This document shows, in pieces, positions 47,998-57,192 of a stretch of DNA of 64,000 nt; the stretch's first letter is position 1, and each line of letters starts with the position of its first letter. This stretch comes from Bacteroidota bacterium (GTDB lineage Bacteria; Bacteroidota; Bacteroidia; CAILMK01): contig JAPLCZ010000257.1 in assembly GCA_026391915.1 (NCBI GenBank), positions 5,691 through 69,690 on the forward strand. Reading direction: 5' to 3'. The position numbers and the translations under genes were made by a program. Below the pieces are notes generated by a model. That model was not told where the DNA came from, searched no databases, and was given only the letters and a program-made list of their open reading frames with translations.

Positions 47998-48455
47998 TGG
48001 TAGGGTTCGTTGCGCAAAATAGTCATGGCACGGTAGAGCTGTTCTAAGAAAATAAGGCGAACCATTTGGTGGGTAAAAGTCATCTCTGATAGCGCAATTT
48101 TGGCTTGGGCTCTTTCATAAATTTCATCATGGAAACCATAAGCACCACCTACCAAAAATATCATATTGCCTGATAAACTATTGAATTTCTTTTGCAGGAA
48201 ATCTGCAAATCCTTTGGAGGAAGGGGTACTTCCTTTTTCATCAAGTAAAATCAAAAAATCAGTAGGCTTTAGTAGTTTGATAATAGCATTTTTCTCTGCC
48301 TCTTTTTGGAGCTCTGCGGTGGTGTTTTTGGTGGCAACTATTATCTCTTTACAGCCAAAGGTTAGGTAGTTACCAAGGCGCTTTTGATAAACTCCCATCC
48401 CTTCTTTAATGTAGGAGTCTTCGGTTTTACCTACGCACCAGAGTTCAGTTTTCAA
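47991..48455 (-). CDS. rlmH: 23S rRNA (pseudouridine1915-N3)-methyltransferase
   Basis: 154-aa SPOUT protein. MKTELWCVGKT...FLILLDEKG...IFLVGGAYGF matches the RlmH pattern. Confidence 0.85.
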   Translation of the reverse strand: MKTELWCVGKTEDSYIKEGMGVYQKRLGNYLTFGCKEIIVATKNTTAELQKEAEKNAIIKLLKPTDFLILLDEKGSTPSSKGFADFLQKKFNSLSGNMIFLVGGAYGFHDEIYERAQAKIALSEMTFTHQMVRLIFLEQLYRAMTILRNEPYHH

Positions 48456-48922
48456 CCTTCTATCTCTTTGTTTTTGCCTTCTATAATCGCCATGATGGCA
48501 GTGCCCTTAGCAATGAGTTTGTACTCACCGTTATTTACCACATACACTTCCGATTCGCAATAATGCAAGCGGTTACCGGGCTTTATTACCCAACCTCTGG
48601 CGAATATTTTATCCCCCTTGCCAGGATGGAAATAGGATACTTTTAAATCAGAAGTTACCACACGGTCATCTTTGCTTACCAAAGAAAAAGCTGCAAATCC
48701 TGTCACCAAATCGGCAATGGTGCTGGTAACACCACCATGCACAAAGCCATCTTGCTGGGTGAGGTGCTCATCCAATTTTGCCTCGCACTCAATATAGCCG
48801 GGTTCTATTTTGGTAAGTTCAAATCCATTGTGATGCATAAAATGCTGACGAGTTACTTTCTCATGAATCAGCTTTAAGAAATCAGGATTTTTGGGTGTGT
48901 AATGTATGGGGGCTTGGAACAT
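48452..48922 (-). CDS. PaaI/hotdog-fold acyl-CoA thioesterase
   Basis: GFVHGGVTSTIADLVTGFAA hotdog thioesterase motif. 156 aa. Confidence 0.7.
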   Translation of the reverse strand: MFQAPIHYTPKNPDFLKLIHEKVTRQHFMHHNGFELTKIEPGYIECEAKLDEHLTQQDGFVHGGVTSTIADLVTGFAAFSLVSKDDRVVTSDLKVSYFHPGKGDKIFARGWVIKPGNRLHYCESEVYVVNNGEYKLIAKGTAIMAIIEGKNKEIEG

Positions 48923-48934
48923 TTTTCTTTTTAT

Positions 48935-49720
48935 TTATGTCTTCTGATACTCCTCATCCACATCCGTAAGTACCTCTGCGCCGCTTTCGGTAATCAGGAT
49001 TGTGTGCTCATATTGTGCGGAGAGTTTGCCATCAATAGTGCGGGCTGTCCATTTATCGTGCTTATCAATTTTCACGCGGGCTTTGCCTTCGTTTATCATG
49101 GGTTCTATGGTAAAAGTCATCCCGGGTTTCATCACTGGACCAGCGTTTCTTTCATCAATATGGTTTACCTCTGGGTCTTCATGAAACTTAAGCCCAACGC
49201 CATGCCCGCAAAACTGATATACCACGCTATAGCCATGTCTTTTGGCAACGCCTGCAATGGCAAAACCTATGTTGCCAAATTTATTTCCGGGTTTGCATTC
49301 TTTAATTCCAACATCAAGGCATTCGCGGGTGATTCGTAAAAGTTTTTTAGCTCTTTCGCCTACGGTGCCTACTTCATACATCAGGCATGTATCCCCAAAA
49401 AAACCATTGAGGATGGTAGCAATATCCACGTTTACTATGTCGCCATCTTTTAGGATAGTTTTGCTATTGGGTATGCCGTGGCACACTACATCATTCACAG
49501 AAATACAAGAGCCATGTTTATAGCCTTTGTAGTTGAGGGTGGCAGGGATGCCGCCGTGGCTGCTGATATATTCCCCAGCTTTTTTATCAATAAACTCAGT
49601 GGTAACACCCGCCTCAATAAATTGGGCAATATGTTTTAAAGTATTGCGGGCAAGCACACAACTTTTGCGTATGCCCTCTATCTGTTCTTTTGTTTTTATT
49701 ATGATTGCCACTCTTTTCAC
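48935..49720 (-). CDS. map: Methionine aminopeptidase type I
   Basis: IKTKEQIEGIRKSCVLARNTL, VCHGIP, HGVGL and FTIEPM metal-ligand motifs. Confidence 0.9.
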   Translation of the reverse strand: MKRVAIIIKTKEQIEGIRKSCVLARNTLKHIAQFIEAGVTTEFIDKKAGEYISSHGGIPATLNYKGYKHGSCISVNDVVCHGIPNSKTILKDGDIVNVDIATILNGFFGDTCLMYEVGTVGERAKKLLRITRECLDVGIKECKPGNKFGNIGFAIAGVAKRHGYSVVYQFCGHGVGLKFHEDPEVNHIDERNAGPVMKPGMTFTIEPMINEGKARVKIDKHDKWTARTIDGKLSAQYEHTILITESGAEVLTDVDEEYQKT

Positions 49721-49756
49721 ATCTTTTAATCTTCACATCTCCACAACTTCCAAACT

Positions 49757-50653
49757 TTAGGCGGTAGCCAACGCTTCTTCCAAACTCTCCACTAGGGCAT
49801 CTCTATCAATCTTTTTGATAAGGCCAGAGAGGACTTTTCCCGGACCTGCTTCCACATAATTATGCGCACCTTCCAATAACATATTGGTGATGGTCTGTGT
49901 CCATAAAACCGGTGCGGTAAGTTGCGCAATAAGGTTTTGTTTTATTTCTGATGGGTCATTCACCGCCATAGCCGTTACGTTTTGATAGATGGGGCAGATG
50001 GGCTTTTGGAAATTTGTTTTCTCAATAGCTGCCGCCAATTCTTCTCTTGCAGGTTCCATTAAAGGTGAGTGAAATGCACCCCCCACAGCAAGCAGAATTG
50101 CCCTCTTTGCACCTTTGGCTTTTAAGGCTTCGCAGGCAAGATTTACTCCTGCTACAGAGCCGGAAATAACCACCTGCCCGGGAGAATTAAAGTTTGCTGC
50201 TACTATTACTTCATCTATTTCTTTGCAGGTGATATTTACAATTTCATCCTCCAAACCAAGGATTGCCGCCATAGTGCTGGGTTGCATTTCGCAAGCCCGC
50301 TGCATGGCATTAGCCCGTGCTGCCACAAGGCGCAAGGCATCCTCCCAATCTAATGCGCCACAGGCCGCCAATGCAGAAAATTCTCCAAGAGAATGCCCCG
50401 CCGCCATGGAGGGTTGGAATAAATCTCCCGCAGCTTTTACCAGTGCTATGGAGTGCAGAAAAATGGCAGGTTGGGTTACCTTGGTTTGGCGCAAATCCTC
50501 TTCTGTTCCTCTGAACATTACCTCGGATAAACCAAATCCAAGGATTTCATCTGCCCTCACAAAAACGGCTCTGGCAGCATCATTATATTCATAAAGTGAT
50601 AAGCCCATCCCCACAAACTGGCTCCCTTGCCCCGGAAAAACATATGCTTTCAT
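49757..50653 (-). CDS. fabD: Malonyl-CoA:ACP transacylase
   Basis: MKAYVFPGQGSQFVGMG and GHSLGEFSALA active-site motif. Confidence 0.9.
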   Translation of the reverse strand: MKAYVFPGQGSQFVGMGLSLYEYNDAARAVFVRADEILGFGLSEVMFRGTEEDLRQTKVTQPAIFLHSIALVKAAGDLFQPSMAAGHSLGEFSALAACGALDWEDALRLVAARANAMQRACEMQPSTMAAILGLEDEIVNITCKEIDEVIVAANFNSPGQVVISGSVAGVNLACEALKAKGAKRAILLAVGGAFHSPLMEPAREELAAAIEKTNFQKPICPIYQNVTAMAVNDPSEIKQNLIAQLTAPVLWTQTITNMLLEGAHNYVEAGPGKVLSGLIKKIDRDALVESLEEALATA

Positions 50654-50778
50654 ATTGATAGATTTTAAAGCAAAGGTAAGATGATGGAAAGTTTTTTATA
50701 GAGTCAGGTTGCCAAACTGCAGATGAGAAAAAAAATCCCCTTTGGTTTTATTCATGGATGGATACATACCTTTGAAGT

Positions 50779-51069
50779 ATGAATACCCGTGAGGAAATAT
50801 TGAATAAACTAAGAGAATTAAAGCCCTTACTTTATGCTGAATATTCAGTAAAGGAAATAGGGATATTCGGGTCATTTGCCAACAATACTTTTGGGCAGGA
50901 TAGCGATATTGATATTCTTGTGGAATTAGAAAAACCTATTGGTTGGAAATTCTTATCTCTGGAAATTTATCTAGAGAAAATTTTTGGGAGAAAGATTGAT
51001 TTGGTTACGAAAAATGCCCTGAAGCATCAGATAAAAGATTCCATTCTTAAACAGGTTAATTATATTTAA
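50779..51069 (+). CDS. mntA: Minimal nucleotidyltransferase antitoxin (MntA-like)
   Basis: GIFGSFANNTFGQDSDIDILV is the GSx9-13Dx[DE] nucleotidyltransferase motif. 96 aa. Immediately upstream of HepT. Confidence 0.7.
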   Translation: MNTREEILNKLRELKPLLYAEYSVKEIGIFGSFANNTFGQDSDIDILVELEKPIGWKFLSLEIYLEKIFGRKIDLVTKNALKHQIKDSILKQVNYI

Positions 51070-51097
51070 ATTGGATAAAGAACAGAGAAGCTATAAG

Positions 51098-51358
51098 ATG
51101 TTTCTTGAGGATATTCAACTCTCAATGATTAGGATTGCTGAGTATATTGAGGGGTATGATTTCATAAAATTTAAGCGTGATTATAAAACTGTGGATGCTG
51201 TTATAAGGAATTTTGAAATAATAGGAGAGGCGTCTAAAAATATCCCTACAATAATCAAGGATAAATACACAGAGATTCCGTGGGTAGAAATGTATAATTT
51301 GAGAAACAAAATTTCTCACGAATACTTGGTATTGATTACTAAATCATTTGGGACATAG
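51098..51358 (+). CDS. hepT: HepT-like (DUF86) RNase toxin
   Basis: RNKISHEY matches the Rx4HxY HEPN motif. The start is taken as the internal ATG 51098 (the ORF track begins at TTG 51071, 1 nt after the mntA stop). Confidence 0.7.
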   Translation: MFLEDIQLSMIRIAEYIEGYDFIKFKRDYKTVDAVIRNFEIIGEASKNIPTIIKDKYTEIPWVEMYNLRNKISHEYLVLITKSFGT

Positions 51359-51453
51359 CCGTTAATTATATCCCCACAAACAAATTGGAGATAGATAAAA
51401 TTATTATCTCCGAAAATAAGTAATCTCACTTCTGATTTTTTAAACTTCGCACC

Positions 51454-52443
51454 ATGTTGCAATGGACTATTGAAGAGAAAAAACTTCCATTAAAATACCA
51501 ATGGAAAATTAGCAGAAATACCTCTGATGAAAAGACAAATTTATTTGTTACGGTTAAAGATAACCACCACTTGGGGATGGGAGAGGCTGCACCAAACATT
51601 CGCTATAACGAAAGTCCAGAAAGTTTACAAAAAGCTTTTGCAGAATTCCTAAAACTTAGAATAGAAAACCTTAATAGCATAAGTGAATTAACCGAAATAC
51701 TTAATGCAGCCAAGCTACCCCAAGCCCTGCGGTTTGCGGTAGAGTCGGCGTTTATTCATTACTTCTGCCATAAAAATGGTCAAACAATTTATGAGTTGTT
51801 GGATATCCCAGAAGCAGGTGTTGCTTACACTGCGTATTCACTACCCATTATGGAAGCGGGTTTGATTGGTAAATTTATAGAAGAACATCATCTCAATAGA
51901 TTCAGATATTTAAAAATTAAGGTGAATAATGAGGAAGCAATTGAGTTGGTAAAGGAGGCTTCCAAGTATTTCCACAACCCCATTATGGTGGATGGAAATG
52001 AAACCTGGAAGAATGTAGAAGATGCTATCAGGTTCGCTGAGAAGTTGGAGAAATTCCCCATTTGCGGACTGGAACAGCCTATTCCGGCGGGGATGGATGA
52101 AGAACTTATCTACATGAAAAAGCATAGAAAAATTCCCTTATTTGGCGATGAATCATGTATTGCCAATCCTGATTTTGATTTACTGGAAAAGCAATTTGAT
52201 GGCATCAATATGAAGCTGATGAAAACTGGTGGATACTTAGAGGGCATTAGAATTTTGAATGAAGTACGCAAGCGAAATTTGAAAACTATGATAGGTTGCA
52301 TGGTAGAAACTTCTTTAGGAATTTCATCCGCACTTTACCTAAGCCGAGGGGTAGATTTTGTGGATTTAGATGGCTTCATGATTATCAAAAAAGACCCCTT
52401 TAATCTGGTTGTGGAAAACGATGGATTGTTGCGGATAACTTAA
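51454..52443 (+). CDS. Enolase-superfamily dipeptide (L-Ala-D/L-Glu) epimerase
   Basis: 329 aa. KIKVN, DGNETW and DESC motifs place the metal-binding Asp/Glu residues at enolase-superfamily positions. Typical size and N-terminal capping domain of dipeptide epimerases. Confidence 0.65.
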   Translation: MLQWTIEEKKLPLKYQWKISRNTSDEKTNLFVTVKDNHHLGMGEAAPNIRYNESPESLQKAFAEFLKLRIENLNSISELTEILNAAKLPQALRFAVESAFIHYFCHKNGQTIYELLDIPEAGVAYTAYSLPIMEAGLIGKFIEEHHLNRFRYLKIKVNNEEAIELVKEASKYFHNPIMVDGNETWKNVEDAIRFAEKLEKFPICGLEQPIPAGMDEELIYMKKHRKIPLFGDESCIANPDFDLLEKQFDGINMKLMKTGGYLEGIRILNEVRKRNLKTMIGCMVETSLGISSALYLSRGVDFVDLDGFMIIKKDPFNLVVENDGLLRIT

Positions 52444-52501
52444 TCCCGAACAATTTTTCTATGAATTTAATTACCCTTAAATCTGCATAAAAATACTGAC
52501 T

Positions 52502-53917
52502 ATGTTGTTTAAAAATTTATTTAAGGTTAACCTTTTCATTTTGTGCTTATTGATGTTTTGCAATATTGCCAAAGCACAGGAAAATAAAAGTCATAAAGAA
52601 GATTTTAGCGCCGCAGTTGACCAAATAAACTGCGCTACCATGAAATTCCTTCACCGCGAAGGTGGACGAAATGATGTTGCAGACAAGATGGAGTGCTTCA
52701 CTTTTGAGAGCATCTTGCATAGCGTGCCGGAAGACGAAGCAAACACCACGGGCAAGTTTTGCAAAAATATAAATCTCTGTAAAGATAAATTTAAAGAGGC
52801 TGAAGATGCAGCAAAACAAATTGATGCTGTGATAACCTATGCCTACAGCAGAATTGCTTCTAAAAAGAGAAAAGGGAGTATTGAGGATTTCAAAAATAAA
52901 CTTGCTGCCATCAAGGATGAAACTATAAAAAATATTGCAGAGGCAGATAACCCTAAAACCCAAACAAAAACTGATGAAACCGCTGATGCTAAAGATAAAA
53001 AACCTGATGAGGTTGTAACAAACACACCAACCACTGCCAATGTTGATTCAACAAAAAAGGATAATGCAGATGTGAAACCACCCACGGATACACAGCCTGA
53101 AATAATGCCTGAGAATAGTAAAACCTCTGCCAATAATTGGATGCTTTGGGGTGCTTTAGGGATATCAATTCTTGCATTAATATTCTCAATTTTCACCATT
53201 CTCAGGCTACGCAATCATATTGAAAATAACACAAAATCAGAAGATGGGTTTAATGAAGTAACCAACCGCCCAATCACCCCAATGGTTACCGAATCTAAAG
53301 CAAATTACAGGGAGCTGGAAAATCAATTTAATGATGAATTGAAGAAGCTGAGAGCTTATGTGGATGAAAGACTTTCTGGAGCTAAAAATGTGAATTCTAA
53401 TCCTCAGCCTACTGCAAAAGTTGAGATGAAATCAGAGCCTGTTTCCAGTGGATATACTGCACAGCAACTTGCTGATGAAATTAAAACTACTGTTGCTAAG
53501 GCAACAATAGATTTAAGTAGCACTTCTCTTTTTTCTGAGGCGAATAATTTGAGTACCTCTTCAATGGAATCAGTAGCTGATGAAAACGAAAGCACTCCTG
53601 TTTACAAATATGGAACACCGTCATCTGACGGTAATTTTGATATAGCTAATTTTGATTTTGAGGCTTCTCCTGACTCAGTTTTTCAAGTAGAAACTTATGA
53701 TGATGTGCCGGATAGAGCCTTCTTCTCTCCGCTTACTTTCCCTTTTGTGGCAGATAAAATATTATCCAATAAGGATACTCTCTTAAGCCCATTTTGTGTT
53801 TATGATGAAGAGACAGATGGCAAGAAAAAGATTATCCTTTTAGAAGATGGCGTGATTGAAAAGCAAGATTCCGGTAACTGGAAAATCATCAGCAAAGCAA
53901 GGGTAAAACTGGAGTAA
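52502..53917 (+). CDS. Hypothetical single-pass membrane protein with signal peptide, low-complexity Lys/Asp/Thr-rich ectodomain and coiled-coil cytoplasmic region
   Basis: Signal peptide. TM segment WMLWGALGISILALIFSIFTILRL. No known domain recognised. Confidence 0.5.
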   Translation: MLFKNLFKVNLFILCLLMFCNIAKAQENKSHKEDFSAAVDQINCATMKFLHREGGRNDVADKMECFTFESILHSVPEDEANTTGKFCKNINLCKDKFKEAEDAAKQIDAVITYAYSRIASKKRKGSIEDFKNKLAAIKDETIKNIAEADNPKTQTKTDETADAKDKKPDEVVTNTPTTANVDSTKKDNADVKPPTDTQPEIMPENSKTSANNWMLWGALGISILALIFSIFTILRLRNHIENNTKSEDGFNEVTNRPITPMVTESKANYRELENQFNDELKKLRAYVDERLSGAKNVNSNPQPTAKVEMKSEPVSSGYTAQQLADEIKTTVAKATIDLSSTSLFSEANNLSTSSMESVADENESTPVYKYGTPSSDGNFDIANFDFEASPDSVFQVETYDDVPDRAFFSPLTFPFVADKILSNKDTLLSPFCVYDEETDGKKKIILLEDGVIEKQDSGNWKIISKARVKLE

Positions 53918-53925
53918 AATGGGAA

Positions 53926-54534
53926 TTAGTTTTCCATCTTAAACAAAACACGGTAGGCGTAAACTCGGTTACCGAAATCATTTAAACCAAAGGGGTTTTT
54001 ATAATCCCTACTCTTAGCAATTGGATTGTAAATCAAAAATTCTTTTCTATTAATTCCTGCCAAAACAACCCAAATATAAGTATTATTTTTCTTCACTTTT
54101 AACAGTGGCATTTTCCCTTTCTTAAATGCGTTGTAAAGGTCATCACCATTAAACAATCTCTTATGGTAAAAGCTAATCTCAGGAAATATTTTTTCTATTT
54201 TTGGCCAACGGATGTCGCCATCATCTTTGTTGAGTTTGGCACTATCAAGTTTGTGAGAAACCTGTTGTGGATTACACTTTATTCCCATCTTATTTAACAC
54301 AAAAGTCAGAGAATAGATTAAGGTAGTTTGTTGAGGATTTTTGGGATTAGTTCCTTTATGCAAAAGCATCGTGGAATCATTTGATTCATCGTAAACGTAA
54401 TTTTCTGTAGAATTTCCAGGCACTTCCACCACTACCCCAAACTTTTTAATGTACCAGTCAGGTGCCATATATGCCAGCAGGACTAGCACAAAAACACTCA
54501 TAAAACTAATAAAAGCAATCCTGAATCCTCGCAT
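53926..54534 (-). CDS. Hypothetical membrane-anchored protein
   Basis: N-terminal TM/signal anchor MRGFRIAFISFMSVFVLVLLAYMA. 202 aa. No recognised domain. Confidence 0.5.
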   Translation of the reverse strand: MRGFRIAFISFMSVFVLVLLAYMAPDWYIKKFGVVVEVPGNSTENYVYDESNDSTMLLHKGTNPKNPQQTTLIYSLTFVLNKMGIKCNPQQVSHKLDSAKLNKDDGDIRWPKIEKIFPEISFYHKRLFNGDDLYNAFKKGKMPLLKVKKNNTYIWVVLAGINRKEFLIYNPIAKSRDYKNPFGLNDFGNRVYAYRVLFKMEN

Positions 54535-54546
54535 TGAGGGGAGTGG

Positions 54547-55404
54547 TTATTTCTCTTTTAAAGTGATGGTTCTTTCAACAATATTTTCCTCGCCACCTAC
54601 TGCTTTACCGTCTTTATCCACCAAGCTAAGTTTGATTTTATTTTCACCCATAGGTAAGTCGATTAAAGCATAGGTAGTCCATTTGGTAAGCATAAAATCT
54701 TTGCCATTAATAGTTGCTTTTACTTTATTCCCACTTTCAGAAATTTCTGTATTGGTTAAGTAGAAATCAAGCAAAACTGTCTTTGCATCATCCCCTACAT
54801 ACTCCCCTTTTGGGCGGCTGTAAAATAGCCTTGGGTCAGTGTATGCTTTAGGGGTTTTATTAGTCTTAATGCCAATGTCAAACTCAGCTAAAGCAAAAGC
54901 TGTTTTGTTCTTTATACTTTCATGATAACTCCTTGAAAGGAAGGAAAGCAAAACATAATGACCTGGTGCTAATGCCGTATCAAATTCTGTTTTATAAAGA
55001 GCTTTATAAGGGGTGTTATTTAAAATAAAATGAATGTGTTGTCCCTTCTTTGAATTATTGCAATGTGTTGCGTCAGCATCAGGGGTTTGTTCCGCAAGTT
55101 TGTAGTTTTCTACATTGTATTCAAAATGCAGTTTGCCATCTTTCATTACGGGTTGTTTCATCTCAAGTTTGGCATCTGAGTATTCTGTAGTTCCTTTAAA
55201 ATAATGAATCATCATTTTACCATCTTCGCCAACCATTTCCCCAATATGTCCCGCTTCGGTGTCCATCTTACTCATATCATGGGTGGTGGAGTCTTTTGTG
55301 GTTTCATTTCTCTCAGCTTCGGTAGGTTTGGAGTTATTGCATCCCAAGAAAAATGTGCTGCCTGCCAAGGCAACTACTACTAATAATTTGTTCATCGTTT
55401 TCAT
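54547..55404 (-). CDS. Hypothetical lipoprotein
   Basis: Lipobox LVVVALAGSTFFLGC. 285 aa, beta-rich. Confidence 0.55.
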   Translation of the reverse strand: MKTMNKLLVVVALAGSTFFLGCNNSKPTEAERNETTKDSTTHDMSKMDTEAGHIGEMVGEDGKMMIHYFKGTTEYSDAKLEMKQPVMKDGKLHFEYNVENYKLAEQTPDADATHCNNSKKGQHIHFILNNTPYKALYKTEFDTALAPGHYVLLSFLSRSYHESIKNKTAFALAEFDIGIKTNKTPKAYTDPRLFYSRPKGEYVGDDAKTVLLDFYLTNTEISESGNKVKATINGKDFMLTKWTTYALIDLPMGENKIKLSLVDKDGKAVGGEENIVERTITLKEK

Positions 55405-55467
55405 TTTTTATTGTTCAAAGGTAGCTGCTTTAAGGTTTAGTCAGGAATATTTTGTTTGAGTGAGGGG

Positions 55468-55475
55468 GGCGGCTT
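55468..55475 (+). promoter_or_regulatory. Bacteroidota-type -7 promoter element TACCTTTG (consensus TAnnTTTG)
   Basis: Located about 40 nt upstream of the small ORF at 55515. Confidence 0.35.
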
Positions 55476-55514
55476 ACCTTTGTACACTAAATTCATAAAA
55501 TAGCAACTAAGATT

Positions 55515-55715
55515 ATGGCAAGACCTAGAAAAACAACAAGAGAATATAATGTGCTTGTAAGAGTTTTAAAACGCAACAGAGCTTTAAAGAAAGCAGCACC
55601 ACTAACATTACCAAAAAGAGTTGTGGCAGTAGCTGAAGCACCAGTTCCGGCACCTGTTGCTGCTGTTGAAGAAGTTGCAGTTGCTACTTCAGAGGAAACT
55701 CCTGCAGCAGAGTAA
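55515..55715 (+). CDS. Small basic protein (66 aa) with Lys/Arg-rich N-terminus and Ala/Pro/Val/Glu-rich tail
   Basis: Bracketed by a -7-like promoter element and a strong bidirectional terminator. The overlapping antisense ORF (55493-55756) is low-complexity and less protein-like. Confidence 0.4.
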   Translation: MARPRKTTREYNVLVRVLKRNRALKKAAPLTLPKRVVAVAEAPVPAPVAAVEEVAVATSEETPAAE

Positions 55716-55742
55716 AAAAGATATTTAAGATTTATATAAAAA

Positions 55743-55778
55743 GGGAAGCCCCGCATAATTGCGGGGCTTCCCTTTTTT
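55743..55778. terminator. Bidirectional intrinsic terminator
   Basis: GGGAAGCCCCGC-ataatt-GCGGGGCTTCCC (12-bp perfect stem) flanked by A-run upstream and T-run downstream. Serves the small + ORF and the convergent 55799-56377 gene. Confidence 0.8.
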
Positions 55779-55798
55779 AGTTTTATGATTTTTGGTGA

Positions 55799-56377
55799 TT
55801 AGTACCCCAATACCAAACAAGCTGTTTCTATTGCCCTGTCTTTGGAGTTATGGGCGGGGTCATATCTGTCTTTTAGATTCACACTAAAGATAGCGGCAAC
55901 CCCTTGCCACATAAAGGCAGAAAGCCCATTTTTATATTCCTTAATTAATTTATAGGAGCTTTTGCCTGTTTCTCTATCAATCAGTTTTACAAGCACTTTT
56001 CCTTGGCGTGGGGATAAGTCTTCTATAGCAGGTTTGTATTGGTCAAAAACTTTTTTCTCTTCTTCTTTCAAGAATTTTTTGCGTTCTCTTTTACTCATAG
56101 TAGAAGCTTTTGCTTCAGCATCATCAATCCTTTTAGAGCACTCTTTGGCAAGGGGCATCACCTTATAAACGTCTGCTAATAATCTCAAGAATTTTTTTTG
56201 GCGGTCTAATAATTCCGTATCCATTTTCTTTTCTACAGTAACTTCTGGGGTTTGCCAAATAGCAACAGTATCCCCAAACTTATCTATAATGTAGGGTACA
56301 ATATGTCCGTTGTCTTGCGCTTGTATGGCAAGGGTAATGAAGAAGAAGGAGGTAATGAGGAGGGTTATTTTTTTCAT
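55799..56377 (-). CDS. Secreted hypothetical protein (DUF4294-like)
   Basis: Signal peptide MKKITLLITSFFFITLAIQA. Lys/Glu-rich helical middle. 192 aa. Confidence 0.5.
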   Translation of the reverse strand: MKKITLLITSFFFITLAIQAQDNGHIVPYIIDKFGDTVAIWQTPEVTVEKKMDTELLDRQKKFLRLLADVYKVMPLAKECSKRIDDAEAKASTMSKRERKKFLKEEEKKVFDQYKPAIEDLSPRQGKVLVKLIDRETGKSSYKLIKEYKNGLSAFMWQGVAAIFSVNLKDRYDPAHNSKDRAIETACLVLGY

Positions 56378-56545
56378 CTTATCAATTTTAGCAGTTTGCT
56401 TTTTTCAAACGAAATGCCATAAGATTTATTGTAATGCATGGCAAGATACTAAGAAATAAAATCCCCTCTTAAAAAAATATTTAAGAAATATGTTTGTAAA
56501 TTAAATGTATGTACATAAGTTTGCATGATTAATTAAATAAAAATT

Positions 56546-57130
56546 ATGGAAGACGTATTAACAACAACAGAAAAAACAGAAACATCAAGCTCTCCAACAA
56601 CAGTTTGGAATCTTGATAACTCTCACTCTCACCTTGATTTCTCAGTAAAGCATATGCTGATTGCGGAGACTTCTGGTAAGTTTACCTCCTTTGGCGCAGA
56701 AGTAAAATCGGATGCAGAAGATTTTACAGATGCAGAATTTAGTTTGTGGGCTGACGTTCATTCAATCACTACGGAAAGCGAACAACGTGATGGACATTTG
56801 AAATCTGATGACTTCTTTAACGCAGAAGAATTCCCCAAAATTCTGTTTACAGGAAAAGGTTTAGAGAAAACTGGAGAGAACACTTATAAAGTTCATGGAA
56901 AACTAAAAATCCGTGAGATAGAAAAAGATGTAATTTGGAATGCAACCCTTGGCGGAAAAATAGTTGACCCATACAATATGGATAGAGTAGCCTTTAATAT
57001 TAAAGGTGAAATCAATAGGTTTGATTACAACCTAAAATGGAATGGGCTGCTTGCAGCAGGAGGTGCAATTGTAAGTGACAAAGTAAAACTAAATGCGGAT
57101 TTACAATTTGTAAAACCCCATATTGATTAA
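56546..57130 (+). CDS. YceI-family periplasmic polyisoprenoid-binding-like protein
   Basis: WNLDNSHSHLDFSVKHMLIAETSGKF...FDYNLKWNG matches YceI-like domain patterns. Confidence 0.75.
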   Translation: MEDVLTTTEKTETSSSPTTVWNLDNSHSHLDFSVKHMLIAETSGKFTSFGAEVKSDAEDFTDAEFSLWADVHSITTESEQRDGHLKSDDFFNAEEFPKILFTGKGLEKTGENTYKVHGKLKIREIEKDVIWNATLGGKIVDPYNMDRVAFNIKGEINRFDYNLKWNGLLAAGGAIVSDKVKLNADLQFVKPHID

Positions 57131-57192
57131 TTAGTTCAGGTTAGATTTTTTATTGGCAACCCGCTTATGATTATTTGTAAGCGGGTTTTTAA

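Noticed and set aside
50115-50594. 159-aa plus-strand ORF inside fabD
   Set aside because: It is antisense to a highly conserved FabD sequence. The GC-rich antisense frame stays open by chance.
55493-55756. 87-aa minus-strand ORF overlapping the small basic protein gene
   Set aside because: Low-complexity Ala/Thr/Ser translation that runs through the terminator hairpin. The plus-strand ORF has promoter and terminator support instead.
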